A stretch of DNA of 20,000 bases. Origin: an uncultured virus (IMG/VR IMGVR_UViG_3300032038_000054). Taxonomy: Duplodnaviria; Heunggongvirae; Uroviricota; Caudoviricetes. Location: IMG/VR virus record IMGVR_UViG_3300032038_000054, one strand, 5' to 3'. The position numbers were made by a program, and so were the translations under genes. Position 1 is the first letter of the stretch. The number at the start of each line of letters is the position of its first letter. The notes beneath the pieces were generated by a model, which was not told the origin of the DNA, made no database searches, and saw only the letters and a program-made list of their open reading frames with translations. This document shows, one piece after another, positions 1 through 8,549 of the stretch.

Positions 1-1301
1 TTTATTTGCGTTCCTAAAATAGTAAGCACATTGTTTTTCTCGTCAAAGTCTGTGTATTTAAGAGCATTAAGAATAGAAGCGACAGGCTGTGCAAGCGCTC
101 CGATTTTTTCAAATTTCTGTAATGCACTCTCGATTGAACTATCGCTAGAAAGAGCCTTTAAATAATCAAGTAATTGAGTAAGACCTTTTGTCTGCAAGTC
201 TCTTCCATTAAGCATATCTAAGGCACTTATTAAAGAGCCAAGACCTTGACCTAATCCTCCAACATTCTTGTAGGAATCATTCAAGTGCTTAAATTTTTCA
301 AGCGTTTCAAAAAGATTACTATTCTTTATAGGTTTTAAAGAATCGTCTAAATCCGTTGTTATAGCTTCTATAGATTCACGAACATTATAGAACCCTCTAT
401 CTGCTTCTTGGAAACCACTAACAAGCTTATCCATTGTGTCTTGCACAGTAGATGAGGTTGAGCCGAGCGTCTGAAATGTTTTTGTGAGAATTTGAAGCGT
501 AGCGACTGTTCTTTCAGAACTGCCCGCAATATCCTTATCTCCAAACTTTTTCAGTTCGTTTGCTATTGCGCCAATAGCCCCTACATCAACGTTTTTAGTG
601 TCTTTCAAGGCATCTGTGAGATTTGCAATGCCTTGTGTGGCTTGTCCTACAAATCCCCACTTGCGTCCATTCATTGTGTCTGTAAACGCATTTAGAGCCT
701 GTCCAAGGCCTTTGATGTAAGAGAAATCTTTAACATCATTCTTCTTGAAAGACTCTGTTGCCTTGCTTAAATTAAGCAAGCCTAGTGCTACATCGTTTAT
801 ACTTTTTACATTGTCATCAAGTCCGTTAAATGTATGAAGTGCTTCGCCAAGCTTTTTAATGTTTCTTATGCCAGTAGTAGCATCTTTTTCTACCTTAGAA
901 AGCTTCTCAAGCACATCAACCATTTTGCTGATTCCGCCTATTACGTCATTTATACCCTTAAGGTTTACACCTACATTGGTAAAAGATTGCAAGGCTTTAC
1001 CAAGCGAATCAAGCTGTTTGATGGTTTTATTTGCGTCTTTCGTAAACTCTGCAAGACCGCCTAACGCACCCTTAAGCTTTTCAATATCCTTGACGGTTTT
1101 ATCAGCGTTCGACTTGCCTTTTCCATAATTATTGAGCTGAGCAAGCGCTGATGACATTTTGTCTAAAGAAACTGCGCCTTTTGATGCATTTGCTGAAAAC
1201 TGCGAGAGTTTGCTTAGCGCACTTATGGCACTGTCAATACCATTTAGGTCGCCACATTCGGAGTCTACTTTAATGAGTAAATCTTCTAATTCTTGCGCCA
1301 T
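1..1301 (-). CDS. Tape measure protein, N-terminal part (runs off the window edge)
   Basis: Not in the ORF track. ATG at 1301 follows AAGGAGAA. The frame reads MAQELEDLLIKVDSECGDLNGIDSAISALSKL... and stays open to position 1. It is Ala/Leu/Lys/Ser/Gly-rich and helical-looking, and lies directly after the tail chaperones. Confidence 0.85.
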   Translation of the reverse strand, partial: MAQELEDLLIKVDSECGDLNGIDSAISALSKLSQFSANASKGAVSLDKMSSALAQLNNYGKGKSNADKTVKDIEKLKGALGGLAEFTKDANKTIKQLDSLGKALQSFTNVGVNLKGINDVIGGISKMVDVLEKLSKVEKDATTGIRNIKKLGEALHTFNGLDDNVKSINDVALGLLNLSKATESFKKNDVKDFSYIKGLGQALNAFTDTMNGRKWGFVGQATQGIANLTDALKDTKNVDVGAIGAIANELKKFGDKDIAGSSERTVATLQILTKTFQTLGSTSSTVQDTMDKLVSGFQEADRGFYNVRESIEAITTDLDDSLKPIKNSNLFETLEKFKHLNDSYKNVGGLGQGLGSLISALDMLNGRDLQTKGLTQLLDYLKALSSDSSIESALQKFEKIGALAQPVASILNALKYTDFDEKNNVLTILGTQI

Positions 1302-1324
1302 ACCATTCTCCTTTATAACAAATT

Positions 1325-1371
1325 AAGGGATAGTGCTATAAGCACTATTTACTTATAGTCCACTATCCCTT
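1325..1371 (-). terminator. Long hairpin between the tail chaperone and tape measure genes (terminator/attenuator or mRNA stability element)
   Basis: AAGGGATAGTG (1325-1335) pairs with CACTATCCCTT (1361-1371), and CTATAAG pairs with CTTATAG inside. Only a weak U-rich tail follows on the minus strand. Confidence 0.5.
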
Positions 1372-1375
1372 GTTA

Positions 1376-1681
1376 TCAATGTGTTATGGGTTTATTTTTT
1401 CTCATAGCATTAAACTGTTGTACGTATTTCTCGAAATCTCTGCCTTCTTCAACCGCAGTTTTCTTTTGTTTGCCGCCAAATAGTTCAAACGGCTTTTGAG
1501 GGTATTTAGTGTTCTTTGCTAATACCGAAGCGATGGCATGTTGATTATAAAGACCATACAACCAAGCTTCAAGATTAGTTGCGTTTTGTCTCGAATCCAT
1601 ATCCATTTCATACGCTTTTTCAAAAGGTTTTAACTTGCGAGGATTCAAATGCCAGAAAACATCGTAAGGAACGTGCATCAA
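1376..1681 (-). CDS. Tail assembly chaperone C-terminal (gpT-like) segment, probably made as a frameshift fusion
   Basis: Lies between chaperone G and the tape measure and has no clear RBS. The frame is open upstream to 1804 (WESSDSSRPQEASDKEDHNKEVKKYSSFTEAVNEGWLPSALLMHVPYDVFW...). Confidence 0.75.
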   Translation of the reverse strand: MMHVPYDVFWHLNPRKLKPFEKAYEMDMDSRQNATNLEAWLYGLYNQHAIASVLAKNTKYPQKPFELFGGKQKKTAVEEGRDFEKYVQQFNAMRKNKPITH

Positions 1682-1737
1682 TAATGCCGATGGAAGCCAA
1701 CCCTCATTTACTGCCTCAGTAAAACTACTATACTTTT

Positions 1738-2103
1738 TTACTTCTTTGTTGTGGTCTTCCTTGTCTGAGGCTTCTTGTGGTCTTGAGGAGTCGGACGATT
1801 CCCAAAACCCGCATCAGCCATAGCCTCTGTGAATACACCAAAGATATCCTCAAGTGAGCCACCATTGCCAAGATGCTGTGTAAGAAGTCTACCTGCCTCT
1901 CTAACAGGAATACCTGTCATTACAGCAAGAATACCTCTTGTCATAGTCATAAGCTTTGAACGGTCAAGACCTCCATCCATCATAGCCATTACATCAATTC
2001 CCTGTCCTTCAAGGTCACAAACAAGGTTTGTGAAATCAAGCTCTGCTACAGGAAGAAGCTGTGCGCCTTCTGCCGTCTGAATTGTAATTGTTCTTGTAAT
2101 CAT
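1738..2103 (-). CDS. Tail assembly chaperone (gpG-like)
   Basis: 121 aa with RBS AAAGGAGAA. Directly downstream of the major tail gene and contains a slippery heptamer. Confidence 0.8.
   Translation of the reverse strand: MITRTITIQTAEGAQLLPVAELDFTNLVCDLEGQGIDVMAMMDGGLDRSKLMTMTRGILAVMTGIPVREAGRLLTQHLGNGGSLEDIFGVFTEAMADAGFGNRPTPQDHKKPQTRKTTTKK
1804..1810 (-). promoter_or_regulatory. -1 programmed ribosomal frameshift site G GGT TTT
   Basis: In-frame X XXY YYZ heptamer at codons 98-100 of the chaperone. The -1 frame has a TGA two codons upstream and is open from the site to the stop at 1376. Confidence 0.8.
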
Positions 2104-2161
2104 AATTCTTTTTCTCCTTTTGTTCGCCTATAAACAAAATCGCCTAGTTTCTAATACATAG

Positions 2162-2190
2162 AAGGGGCAAGGCGTTAATCCTCGCCCCTT
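2162..2190 (-). terminator. Hairpin after the major tail protein gene
   Basis: Minus-strand stem AAGGGGCGAGG / CCTTGCCCCTT with a 7-nt loop. The U-tail is weak. Confidence 0.5.
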
Positions 2191-2241
2191 TCGTTTTTAG
2201 TATACCATATTAGATATCAATGTTAAAGGTTTACCTTTTTA

Positions 2242-2688
2242 TCAGCCACTAACTGACTCAACCTTCTTGATAGCCTGCTCACCCTCATCAGAGATAGTGA
2301 TTGTCATAGGAATTGCCGCATTTGACTCGTAGCCTCCAACGTAAACTGAAAGCTTACCCTGCCACTCGAACTTTCCGCCTACACCATCATCTCCAATCCA
2401 AACTTGGTATGTGTCAAGCTCCGATGCAGAAGTCTTGTCATAGTCAGCTTCCATGATAGACTGCAAGGTATCATAAATCTCTGAATCGTACCATGCACTG
2501 AACTCGTGAGAAGAAACTGTCTGAATACCATTCATGTTCTTCTGTTTTCTATCAGAAAGCGTTGTAATATCTATCTGCTCAGGCGCTCCACCTAAGTCGG
2601 GTACAGATGTAATATCACAAAGTTTTGAAAATGTTGCTGTTCCATTAGGTTTTCTGTAAAGATATGAAACATTAGATAATACTGCCAT
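2242..2688 (-). CDS. Major tail (tube) protein
   Basis: 148 aa with the PDLGGAPEQIDITTLSD motif typical of siphovirus tail tube proteins. Strong GGAGG RBS and expected synteny. Confidence 0.85.
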   Translation of the reverse strand: MAVLSNVSYLYRKPNGTATFSKLCDITSVPDLGGAPEQIDITTLSDRKQKNMNGIQTVSSHEFSAWYDSEIYDTLQSIMEADYDKTSASELDTYQVWIGDDGVGGKFEWQGKLSVYVGGYESNAAIPMTITISDEGEQAIKKVESVSG

Positions 2689-2797
2689 CTTTTTTCCTCC
2701 ATAAATTCCCTAGCCATAAGGGAGAATTGCCTATGTTAAAGGTTGGAAACCGCTAGGCAACGGCTTGTCGGATGCGCTTTCCTATCCAACCAATGTT

Positions 2798-3160
2798 CTA
2801 TACATCAAGCCTCTCGTATCTTGCCACGAAACGCTTTACGTTAGTAGGTGTCTCTATTGGTCTAAAGGTTCTACACCTAAATCCCAATGTTCTCATAAAG
2901 CTTCTAATTTCAGAAGCCATATTTCTTGCTTGATTCATGTTTCCATCCGTGTATGTTTCTATCTGAAATGCCAGTTTAACTCCTACTTCATTGTTAGAAA
3001 GGTCATCCAATGCAGTAGGTGCATCAAGCAAATAAAAGTACATATACGGAATTTTTACATCATTTTCATTGTAATTTTGACCTGTCTTAAGGTTTGGGTA
3101 CAGGCTTTTCATATATATACTTAAATCGTTATATATCTTATTTGTCTTATCTTCTACCAT
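2798..3160 (-). CDS. Tail terminator / tail completion protein
   Basis: 120 aa with a P-Y...FQIETY...MRTLGF pattern. Immediately upstream of the major tail gene. Confidence 0.7.
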   Translation of the reverse strand: MVEDKTNKIYNDLSIYMKSLYPNLKTGQNYNENDVKIPYMYFYLLDAPTALDDLSNNEVGVKLAFQIETYTDGNMNQARNMASEIRSFMRTLGFRCRTFRPIETPTNVKRFVARYERLDV

Positions 3161-3684
3161 TTAAGAACCTCATTCCTAATCTTTCTATGTTCTCCAATCA
3201 ATCTTTCAACCGCTCGATACATAAAAGGATTTGCGGGTATTCCGTTTGTTATATGCCATTTTCCATCTTCGCCTTTATACTTCCAGTAATCAAGACCTTC
3301 TTGATTATGTACAATATACGAACCAGTGTTCCAATAAATATTATAAGGCGGAGGTAAGGCATTTAACCATTCGTCATTTATTCCTTCATGGAGATTAAGA
3401 CCGATAATACCTGTTCCGAACTCTATAAACTGCACATGACCGTCAAAAACAACAACTCCTTCTGCACGTTCGCCATAATCATTGATATATACACTTTTCA
3501 TTAATCCTAGCGCACTACTCGGAGCTTCTTCTAACAAGAGTTCTTTGAAAGTTTCCATCATAGCTTCTGTATACTTCATAGGAAACTCTTTTAAAATCTT
3601 TTTATAAGTCTCGAGTTTCTTTATTGCTTCTTGTATACTAGATACTCTTAATGGATTAACTTTGATTACCTTGTCCATAACCAT
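3154..3684 (-). CDS. HK97 gp10-like neck/tail completion protein
   Basis: Contains the FIEFGTG and GIPANPFMYRA motifs, plus expected synteny. The start may be 3684 or 3678. Confidence 0.75.
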   Translation of the reverse strand: MVMDKVIKVNPLRVSSIQEAIKKLETYKKILKEFPMKYTEAMMETFKELLLEEAPSSALGLMKSVYINDYGERAEGVVVFDGHVQFIEFGTGIIGLNLHEGINDEWLNALPPPYNIYWNTGSYIVHNQEGLDYWKYKGEDGKWHITNGIPANPFMYRAVERLIGEHRKIRNEVLKW

Positions 3685-4051
3685 CTATCCTTTGGATAGC
3701 CCATACTCTTTGATATAAGCCTTTTGCAACTTTCTTGACTATATAATCTGGTTTTGTATCTGTCGAACCATCCTCTTTAAAGTCAGGCGCTACATCTATA
3801 AAAAGCTTTGAATACTCATTAATCGGCAAATCCTGCACTGTTGAAATCATCTTGTCATATACAAGGTCTCTTCCAAAAGGCGTGTCGTATATTTCTGAGG
3901 TATTCGCGCTTATCATCGCTTTTGCCTTGATAGGATTTGAATAGCTAGGTACAGTATCTCCCGTCAAATACCCGTCATCATCGACTTCCTCTACTTCACC
4001 GATATATGTTTGATAATAAAATTCTCTTTGATTACCGCTATAGTCAAACAT
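3656..4051 (-). CDS. Head closure (stopper) protein
   Basis: 131 aa, beta-rich, with an EVDDDGYLTG N-terminal pattern. Synteny after the connector gene. Confidence 0.65.
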   Translation of the reverse strand: MFDYSGNQREFYYQTYIGEVEEVDDDGYLTGDTVPSYSNPIKAKAMISANTSEIYDTPFGRDLVYDKMISTVQDLPINEYSKLFIDVAPDFKEDGSTDTKPDYIVKKVAKGLYQRVWAIQRIDGYGQGNQS

Positions 4052-4063
4052 TTAACCACCTTC

Positions 4064-4393
4064 TTACCAAACATAAGTTTTTACTGGTATCTGACTTAAA
4101 CTGCTACCTATGCTTTCATCGCCACCAGACTGCCAAACTCTCCTAACGCCAAGCTCTGAAAATTCTTTCAAGCCATCGCGTTTAGCTACGTCTAAAGTTG
4201 TTTTAGCAAGGTCATAAATTTCATACTCATATCTGTTTATGAAATTCTCACGTTCCTCTGCGGTAGGTATATCACCCTCACCCCAAAAGTAATGATTTAA
4301 TGCCATGCTTGTTGCTCTATCAAGTAGCACTTCAAGCTGTGCGTCCGTAAAAGAAGTTTCTCCGATTATAGCTTTAAAAGTTTCTATACTCAT
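4064..4393 (-). CDS. Head-tail connector (adaptor) protein
   Basis: 109 aa, helical, with an SPP1 gp15-like pattern (DGLKEFSELGVRRVW). Follows the capsid gene. Confidence 0.7.
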   Translation of the reverse strand: MSIETFKAIIGETSFTDAQLEVLLDRATSMALNHYFWGEGDIPTAEERENFINRYEYEIYDLAKTTLDVAKRDGLKEFSELGVRRVWQSGGDESIGSSLSQIPVKTYVW

Positions 4394-4408
4394 ATCAACC
4401 TCTTTTTA

Positions 4409-4435
4409 TCGGCTAGGACGTTTCATCCTAGCCGA
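4409..4435. terminator. Perfect 10-bp hairpin downstream of the capsid gene
   Basis: TCGGCTAGGA / TCCTAGCCGA with a 7-nt loop. No U-tract on the minus (sense) strand, so it may be a stability element or a terminator of antisense transcription. Confidence 0.45.
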
Positions 4436-4448
4436 CTTATTTTTAATA

Positions 4449-5414
4449 TCAGCCCGATACTACTGAATCCTCGGGGAAGTCCTCAGAAAGACCAGTAATC
4501 TTAGCTGAGAGCCATTCTGCACCGTGGTCGAGACCAATCATACCGTAAATCTGATAGTTGTCACCTGCACCAGTCTTTGCAAGAGGCTCAAGGAAGAAGT
4601 TACCCTTGTTAGGAGTAATCTGCTCCATAGGACGCATGATTGAAGGATTAAACACAAGTGCTGTTCCTACAGGGATTGTAGGCATAAGCTGTACTGCTAC
4701 TGCTCCGAAAGGTGTAAGCACTGTCTGAATCTGCAAACCATTGATGTTACGCTCTCTAGGAACTGCTGACATGCCGTTCTTATTAGCGTCATAATCAAGC
4801 TGTGCAAGGTGTACTGCTGACATACCAACAACGATATTAGAAATATCGCCACCTGCATTAGCGATTGCCATAAGTGCCTTTGAGATAAGATTACGTGTGA
4901 GATAATCACCACCTGCGTTAATCTCGTTGGTAGTAATTGCTGTAAGAATACCTCTTGACTTGTTTACCTCGTTGTCAGTTGTAGCCTTATTGAATACACC
5001 GTTGATAAATGTATACTCAATATCCTGTGCAATCTTAGCCATTGCTCTCTCAATCTGGAATGTAAGTTCACTCTGAGGGTTAGGCTGTTGTCCTGCAACG
5101 TTAACGCCGCTCATTGTTCCCATGTTAGCCTCTTTTGCGTAAGATACGCTTACAGACTCTTGGAAAATCTGAGTAACGTTTGTCAACTGGCTTCTTGTTG
5201 AAACAAGAGCTTCGGGCGCTGTAAGTGAAGCGCTCTCTGAGATATTAGGCTGTGAACCCTGTACCGCATTGTAATACTGTCCTGTTACAAATTCCACATG
5301 ATTAGTAGTTCCTCTATTAGCTCCGATAATTGTTGAAAAAGGAGTTGTCTCAACGCCCTTTCTGAACAACATTCCGCTAAAATTGGGAGTACCAAAACTC
5401 ATAGCTGTTGCCAT
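4449..5414 (-). CDS. Major capsid protein (HK97 fold, DUF5309/SU10-like)
   Basis: 321 aa. Motifs TPFSTIIG, NVTQIFQESVSVS, QDIEYTFING and LAKTGA. Strong AAGGAGG RBS, and it follows the scaffold gene. Confidence 0.88.
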   Translation of the reverse strand: MATAMSFGTPNFSGMLFRKGVETTPFSTIIGANRGTTNHVEFVTGQYYNAVQGSQPNISESASLTAPEALVSTRSQLTNVTQIFQESVSVSYAKEANMGTMSGVNVAGQQPNPQSELTFQIERAMAKIAQDIEYTFINGVFNKATTDNEVNKSRGILTAITTNEINAGGDYLTRNLISKALMAIANAGGDISNIVVGMSAVHLAQLDYDANKNGMSAVPRERNINGLQIQTVLTPFGAVAVQLMPTIPVGTALVFNPSIMRPMEQITPNKGNFFLEPLAKTGAGDNYQIYGMIGLDHGAEWLSAKITGLSEDFPEDSVVSG

Positions 5415-5433
5415 TTCTTTTCCTCCTTAATGG

Positions 5434-6069
5434 TTATTGTGCGTTCTGTTGCGCCCCCATAAGCTGAGCTGTAATAGCTCCTTGAAGGTCGCCAGACGCA
5501 AGCTTTTCTTGATAAATTTTGTTATAATCAATCTGCCCGTTACCATTTCCAGAAGCGGGTTCTGGCATGTGTGCGTACAACTCTGCTGTAGTCTCTTCCT
5601 TGACTCTCTTTCTTTCGGATTCCAAAAATCCCTTGAGAAGAGTATTTACAGCCTCCTCTTCGCCTTCCATCTTCATCTGTGCAACTTTTGTTGCATAGTC
5701 TTTATCCATTCCAAGCGCAAGGTAGCTGTCAACAGAATCCCTAAAAGCATTTTTCTTTTTCTCTTTTTCAAGCTCATCTCTCATAAGAGCAATCTCTTCG
5801 GTTTGCTGTGTTGTTAGCGAACTCTCAGATGCAATCTTTTCGCTTAGTTGTTTCTTTAAGCTACTAATCTGGCTTGAATAGTCGTCTATTATCTTCTTTT
5901 GCTTGCGAAGTTCAATCTGCATAGAAGCATTTGCCTTCAAAAGCTCAGAATCTTTAGGTTGTTCTACGTTCTGCCCTTCTTGTGTAGCAGTTGAATTAAC
6001 ATCCTGCTGTTCAAGGTTCTGCTCGTTCTGGTTAACAGTAGCGTTCTGATTGTTATTACTAAGTTCCAT
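5434..6069 (-). CDS. Capsid scaffolding protein
   Basis: 211 aa, Q/E/K-rich coiled-coil with a low-complexity N-terminus. Directly upstream of the capsid gene. Confidence 0.8.
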   Translation of the reverse strand: MELSNNNQNATVNQNEQNLEQQDVNSTATQEGQNVEQPKDSELLKANASMQIELRKQKKIIDDYSSQISSLKKQLSEKIASESSLTTQQTEEIALMRDELEKEKKKNAFRDSVDSYLALGMDKDYATKVAQMKMEGEEEAVNTLLKGFLESERKRVKEETTAELYAHMPEPASGNGNGQIDYNKIYQEKLASGDLQGAITAQLMGAQQNAQ

Positions 6070-6176
6070 GTTTAATTCTCCTTTGCGTTTAAATTTATTA
6101 CACGCTTTTCTCTAAGCGAGTGCGTTTACAGTTCTCTCTGATTTATTTATATGTAAAAGGCTTATAGCCTCGAACA

Positions 6177-6869
6177 TCATTTATATTCTGTAGAACATCT
6201 ACAGTTGTCAAGCTCACTTTCACTTGCTCCGAGTGAATCATCTCCCGCAAACATCATTTGAGAAGTACCAACATTAAAAGGTTCATCTATATCTACCGTA
6301 ACGCCTTCCATAATTTCATGGGTAGGTCTTACTCTTTCATCTAATGATGTATGCCATATCTTTTTCTTGTTTTTCGCTTTTGCCTCGAAATATTCTTCAT
6401 TGTTATATTTCCAATTGGCTTCATTTAATGCGATTAAATTTGCTCTCGATTGACCGAGCCATGTTTCTATTTTGTCTGAGTTTGCGATTATAGCACTTAC
6501 CGCAACTCCTTTTATTACTGAATCTACAAAATCATCAGCATCATTACGTTTGTTTTTAGCAGGAATAGCTGTTATATTGTTCCAAGTTACTTCTTGTATC
6601 TTTGAAGCTTTTCTAAAAGCCCTGTCTATAACCACCTTTGAATATGCGTCATTGGCGGTTATAGACGTTTTTGTTATCTCAAGATACTTGTCAACCATTT
6701 TATCTATATAAGCCTCTTGATTACTCTTAAAACTGCCATTTAAGATATCTGCAAATTCCTCGTCAAACAAGTCCATAAACCAGTTTTCAAGTTCTTCCGC
6801 AAGAAGTATTCTTTTTGCTTTTTGAGGCTCTGTTATTAACATTGATGCATAAAACAGTTCTGGCTTCAT
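6177..6869 (-). CDS. Minor head / head morphogenesis protein (Mu gpF / SPP1 gp7-like)
   Basis: C-terminal KKKIWHTSLDERVRPTH...PFNVG...NCRC motif. Follows the portal gene. Confidence 0.85.
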   Translation of the reverse strand: MKPELFYASMLITEPQKAKRILLAEELENWFMDLFDEEFADILNGSFKSNQEAYIDKMVDKYLEITKTSITANDAYSKVVIDRAFRKASKIQEVTWNNITAIPAKNKRNDADDFVDSVIKGVAVSAIIANSDKIETWLGQSRANLIALNEANWKYNNEEYFEAKAKNKKKIWHTSLDERVRPTHEIMEGVTVDIDEPFNVGTSQMMFAGDDSLGASESELDNCRCSTEYK

Positions 6870-8416
6870 TCGTTTTCTACCTGTGCTACAGATGAAGGCT
6901 GAATCGACTCAGCGACTTGTGATTTCTTTTCGTTATTTTCTCCACCCGCGCCATCTTCGCTCTTACTTGTAGCGTCAACACCTTCGTTTGCAATCTTTTT
7001 CTGAGATTGTTCTATCACTTCTCTTGAATCGAGCCATGCCTGTTCTGAATCTGAGAACAAACCTACTGTCTGGAATGCCCAAAGACCATCTACTCCCGAA
7101 TTGAGAAGCGTTGCCAGTGCGTTTGCCTTTGATATAAGGTCATAGTTCTTATTTCTTGGCATTGATATTTCTATATCAGATACATCTATTTTTGAGATGT
7201 TGTTGAAATGTCTCTTATCAAGTTCGATGCTTTTAGCAACAAGTCTCAAGATTTCATTCTCTGGCTCTGTGAAATTCTGCTCCACTGCCTTTGCTGAAAG
7301 CTCTAGGCTCTGCCATCCATTTGAAAGTTGCATTGCCCCTGTGGTAGAACCACCGCTTGCTTCTTGCCAAGAAGGTGTTGCAGTTATTTCTTCAACTTGT
7401 CTGCTTAAGAAATCTGCGAACGATTGAATCTGTCCTTGGTCTAATACTTGAGAAAGATATGCTATTTTAGCTTCTTTTCCATCACCATTCGACTTTGTGA
7501 CAATCACTCCGTCTCCATCAATCAGCTTTTTCTTTTTTTCTTCATCAATCATGCAGTTGTGAAGCCAAAGCAATGACTGAACATGTTGTGCAACATCGTT
7601 TATTCTATCTGAATTAAGAGTATTTATTCCATCAAGAATAGGTATTGCTTTTTCAAAAACACCCATTCTATCAGTGTTTTCAAACTCTACGATAGGAATT
7701 ATGCCGTACACATTAACTGTTTCATCAACAATCGTGTTTGCATTGCCTACCACATAGTTCTTTATTGTAAAGCACTTATTAGGAGTGTATAACGTTGCAG
7801 TCATACTTCCATCTGCGTGTGTATTATAAGTTCCTCTTAATAGAGTTTCTCTAAACGCATCGTTTCTTACTACACTAAATGTCGTGAGAGGGTTAAGTGT
7901 GGTGATTTTAAATGGAGAATATTGATAGGATTTATCGTTTCTCCAAACCATTTGATAACCAACACCGCATGTCATAAAATCTCTTGCAAGTTGCAGGTCT
8001 TTTTTTGCCTTACTCTGCTCAGCCATCATTTTATTTATCATGGCTATGTTATCACTATCCTCATTATATGAGGTCTGAGGTTTTCTCGAATCATCCTCGA
8101 CTTTTCCTCTTTGAGCATAAGTAATAGGATTTCCAAAACAGTAACCTACATGAGTGTCAACAATCCTTGATGCTATATTAATTACCAACTTTTCATTTAT
8201 ATCTGGACGAATATCTTTTTTTCTTTCTATAATAGGCTGTTTACCTCTTGTATAGCTAAAAAGAAATTCCTCTCGCATAGCATTTTTTTGATGTTCTGAA
8301 TAGGCAGTTTCAAAGATTTCTAGTACATTATCTTTGGTAACTTCTTCAACATCTGTATATATAATTATTCTTCCATACGTGGAATCAGCGTTTACAATAA
8401 CAGGCGTTGGATTCAT
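6866..8416 (-). CDS. Portal protein (SPP1 gp6-like)
   Basis: 516 aa. Motifs NEKLVINIASRIVDTHVGYCFGNPITY and YGIIPIVEFEN, with an acidic tail. Downstream of the terminase. Confidence 0.9.
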   Translation of the reverse strand: MNPTPVIVNADSTYGRIIIYTDVEEVTKDNVLEIFETAYSEHQKNAMREEFLFSYTRGKQPIIERKKDIRPDINEKLVINIASRIVDTHVGYCFGNPITYAQRGKVEDDSRKPQTSYNEDSDNIAMINKMMAEQSKAKKDLQLARDFMTCGVGYQMVWRNDKSYQYSPFKITTLNPLTTFSVVRNDAFRETLLRGTYNTHADGSMTATLYTPNKCFTIKNYVVGNANTIVDETVNVYGIIPIVEFENTDRMGVFEKAIPILDGINTLNSDRINDVAQHVQSLLWLHNCMIDEEKKKKLIDGDGVIVTKSNGDGKEAKIAYLSQVLDQGQIQSFADFLSRQVEEITATPSWQEASGGSTTGAMQLSNGWQSLELSAKAVEQNFTEPENEILRLVAKSIELDKRHFNNISKIDVSDIEISMPRNKNYDLISKANALATLLNSGVDGLWAFQTVGLFSDSEQAWLDSREVIEQSQKKIANEGVDATSKSEDGAGGENNEKKSQVAESIQPSSVAQVENE

Positions 8417-8428
8417 GCCTATCCTCCT

Positions 8429-8468
8429 AAAAAAAATAGAACCGAATTGGTTTCAATTCGGCTCTATT
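8429..8468 (-). terminator. Intrinsic terminator-like hairpin directly before the portal RBS
   Basis: Minus strand AATAGAGCCGAATTG-AAAC-CAATTCGGTTCTATT followed by a T-run and then AGGAGG. Confidence 0.65.
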
Positions 8469-8484
8469 GGCTCTCACTATAGTG

Positions 8485-8513
8485 ATTATAGCAAGGTTTA
8501 CCAATCTCTACAA
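8485..8513 (-). promoter_or_regulatory. Putative sigma-A-type promoter for the head/tail genes
   Basis: TTGTAG (8513-8508), a 17-nt spacer ending in TGC (extended -10 TG), then TATAAT (8490-8485). Confidence 0.55.
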
Positions 8514-8549
8514 TACCTTTGTTTATTTTATGTAGCTTTTTTAATATGT

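Noticed and set aside
2242..4460. Stop readthrough or frameshift extension of capsid and tail proteins (both end in V-S-G, GGC TGA)
   Set aside because: In-frame stops follow within 1-2 codons in both genes, and no downstream Ig-like frame was seen.
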